In this document: positions 61,857-64,000 of the stretch, piece by piece
Layout of the letters: every line of letters begins with the position of its first letter
Position numbering within the stretch: the stretch's first letter is position 1
From: Planctomycetota bacterium
GTDB lineage: Bacteria > Planctomycetota > B15-G4
Assembly: GCA_038212275.1 (NCBI GenBank)
Contig: JBBQUR010000005.1
Location: 128,001-192,000 of the forward strand
Reading direction: 5' to 3'
Length of the DNA stretch: 64,000 nt
Notes under the pieces: model-generated
What the model saw: only the letters and a program-made list of their open reading frames with translations
The model's database searches: none
What the model was told of the DNA's origin: nothing
Program-made: the position numbers and the translations under genes

Positions 61857-63674
61857 ATGACAAGCCGCCTGCTGCTCCTCGCCATCCTGCTGGGCGTGCT
61901 CGCCCGGATCGTCGTCGCCACGCAGCACGTCCATCCCCGCGGGGATGTGCTGCTCGATGCGGGCGTCGCGGCGAGCCTTGCACAGGGGAGTGGTTTCCAT
62001 GCCGGCTTCGAGCGCGGCACGTCGCTGGTCGAGGGCGACGGCCCCGTGCCGCAGCAGGACCTGGCGGACCAGCACCCGCCGCTCTGGCCGCTGCTGGGCG
62101 CGGCCGCCAGCGTGGTGACCGGCTCGGCCTTCAGCGGGCTGAAGCTGATGTCGCTGCTGTGCGGTCTCCTCGTGCTGGTGCTCGTGTGGCGGCAGGCGGA
62201 TCGGCTCACCGAGGGCATCAACGGCGCGCCGGACGGTCTGCCCGCGCTGGCCTGCGCGCTCGTCGCGTGGTCCTTCGTGGCCATCGATGCCAGCGGCAAC
62301 GGTTCGCTCTACGCCGCGCAGGCCTGCGTCGTGCTGCTGCTCATGGAGTTTCTGGCGGCGGAGAAGCCGAGCGCGCTGCGCCTCGGACTGCTGCTCGGCG
62401 CGGCGTGGTTGCTCAACTACCAGGCGCTCGTGCTGCTGCCGGTGCCGCTGGCCGTGCTGCTGCTGGCGCCGCCGGGCGGCTCACGCGGCCGCGCCCTGCT
62501 CACCGGTTGCGGCGCGCTGGCCGTCGCGGCGGCCGTGCAGCTGCCGTGGTGGTGGCGCAACGTGCAGGAGTTCGGCTCGCCCTTCCACAGCATGAATGCG
62601 CTGTACGTGCTGAGCGCTGCAGGCGTGCAACCTCTGGCCGGCGTCGTGGACGGTGTGCCCGTCGCGCGCTTTCCCGACATGTCGCTGCTGCAGGCCATGT
62701 GGCGCGGTGCCGGCGGCTGGGTGCCTGGCAACGTGCTCTACGTGTTCGGCAGCGGCCTGCTGCTCTGGCCCGGGCTGTTCGGCCTGACGCTGGCGGGCCT
62801 GCCGCTGCTCGCGCTGGGTGGCGTGCGCCGCGCCGACCGCCGGCTGCTCACCGCGATGCTCTGCCTGGGCGCGTTGCTCGCGATCGCGCTTGCGTGGCCG
62901 GGCATGAAGCTGCGCTACCTCGTGGCCTGCACGCCGCTCGTCGTGCTGCTCGGCGTGCGCATGCTGGCCGTCGTGCCGACGCGCGCTGAGCGCTGGCTGG
63001 CGCTGCTGGCCGTGCTGGGCTGGGTGGCGCTGCTGCTCGGCACGCTGGGCGACCTGACCGGCAGCGAATCGGCGCCGCGCCCGGAGCGCTGGAAACTCAT
63101 GGCGGGCGGCGGCGCGGTCTTCCTGGTGCTGCCGCTGCTGCTGCGGCACACGCAGCTGGCGGGCCGGGGCCTGAGAGTCGCACTCTGCAGCGGCGTGCTC
63201 GCGATGCCGGCGCTGGCCGTGCTGTCCCTGTGGCCGTGGCCGCACACCGCGTATCACTCGGCGGTGCTGGTGCCCGACGTGTACGGCCAGCAGAAGGAAC
63301 AAGTCGATGCCCGCGCGGCGGCGACGGCCGCGGCGGCTCGGCCGGCACTGGTCGAAGCCGTCCGGACGATGCGCGAGGGCGGACAAAGCGATGCCGCGCT
63401 GGCCGGGCCGCTCGAGCTGCTGGCCTTCGGCGAGCTGCCGCTTGTCAGCCTGCCCTTCGGCGCGGGCAGCACGATCGGTGACGAGGCGCTGGCCGCGCTC
63501 ATCGATGCCGGACGCGTCCGTGCGGTCTTCACGTTTTCGCGCCAGGGCTGGCCCGAGGGACTGCAGGTCGGCGAGACCTGGCTGTCGGGACGCCTGCTCG
63601 TCACGGGGACGTGGGCGCCGAAGGACGACCCGCCCGGCATGACGGGCGCCATGCTGTCGGTGGTCGCACGCTGA
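61857..63674 (+). CDS. GT-C fold (ArnT/PMT-like) membrane glycosyltransferase
   Basis: PRGD after TM1, QHPPLWPLL, PWWWRNVQEFGSPF, LRYLV; many TM segments. Confidence 0.78.
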   Translation: MTSRLLLLAILLGVLARIVVATQHVHPRGDVLLDAGVAASLAQGSGFHAGFERGTSLVEGDGPVPQQDLADQHPPLWPLLGAAASVVTGSAFSGLKLMSLLCGLLVLVLVWRQADRLTEGINGAPDGLPALACALVAWSFVAIDASGNGSLYAAQACVVLLLMEFLAAEKPSALRLGLLLGAAWLLNYQALVLLPVPLAVLLLAPPGGSRGRALLTGCGALAVAAAVQLPWWWRNVQEFGSPFHSMNALYVLSAAGVQPLAGVVDGVPVARFPDMSLLQAMWRGAGGWVPGNVLYVFGSGLLLWPGLFGLTLAGLPLLALGGVRRADRRLLTAMLCLGALLAIALAWPGMKLRYLVACTPLVVLLGVRMLAVVPTRAERWLALLAVLGWVALLLGTLGDLTGSESAPRPERWKLMAGGGAVFLVLPLLLRHTQLAGRGLRVALCSGVLAMPALAVLSLWPWPHTAYHSAVLVPDVYGQQKEQVDARAAATAAAARPALVEAVRTMREGGQSDAALAGPLELLAFGELPLVSLPFGAGSTIGDEALAALIDAGRVRAVFTFSRQGWPEGLQVGETWLSGRLLVTGTWAPKDDPPGMTGAMLSVVAR

Positions 63675-64000
63675 TGATGCCGCTCCTGCTGGCGTGGTTG
63701 GTGCTGGTGCCGCTGCTGCCGCTGTTGCCCATCGACACCAACCTGGCGTGGTATCTGCACCTGGCGCTCGTGGCCGGGCTCAGCGCGGTCGCTCTGTGGC
63801 GGCTGCTGGCCGCCCGCGCACCCGGGGCGGCTGCGACGCACGGAGCGCAGCCGCTCGCGGCGGCGTTCGGCCCGCTGCGCCTGGGATTGCCCGGGGTCAG
63901 CATTGGTCTTGCCGTGCTCTCGCTGGGACTGGCGATCGGCTTCGCGCGACGCGAGGCACCGGTGCAGGAGATGCTCGTCGCGGCTCTGACCGGGATCGCG
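63674..64000 (+). CDS. Polytopic membrane protein (partial, runs off window)
   Basis: ATG overlaps upstream TGA; MMPLLLAWLVLVPLLPLLP... open to window end with hydrophobic segments. Confidence 0.65.
   Translation, partial: MMPLLLAWLVLVPLLPLLPIDTNLAWYLHLALVAGLSAVALWRLLAARAPGAAATHGAQPLAAAFGPLRLGLPGVSIGLAVLSLGLAIGFARREAPVQEMLVAALTGIA

Overview
This is a very GC-rich (roughly 70% by eye), gene-dense bacterial chromosome segment with about 49 CDS. It is most likely from a Planctomycetota-like organism, an inference from the ECF sigma/Ser-Thr kinase pair, the FG-GAP protein, the Thr-type sulfatase and the WCxEH-repeat CzcB. From left to right it carries: a yhaN(partial)/yhaO-like repair pair; a CzcCBA-type heavy-metal RND operon with a coupled N-formylglutamate amidohydrolase-like gene; a sulfatase-like protein; ugpQ plus a Rieske-flavodoxin fusion; a MATE transporter; an extracellular EEP nuclease; an NTT/TLC-like transporter coupled to a signal-peptide-bearing SDR; an unusual RNase H2/H3 hybrid; a kinase-ankyrin-ECF-kinase signalling module; GT1; an FG-GAP protein; tal; an SDR; hrpB; DUF2911; a phosphoesterase; a RimK-like ligase; an AsmA-like protein; glgA; an ArsC-like protein lacking its redox cysteines; a MocA-like protein; an ABC pair; and a surface-glycan region (flippase, three GT4, embedded PHP-like lipoprotein, ABC/permease/XapA-like/GT-C). 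I recognised no rRNA, tRNA, CRISPR array, integrase or transposase. The most interesting signals are the NTT + exported NAD(P) enzyme pair, the chimeric RNase H, a recurring TANNNT box 6-10 nt before start codons (leaderless mRNAs), the glycan locus architecture, and many short tandem repeats including an intergenic heptamer array. All calls come from motif recognition only; no searches were run.
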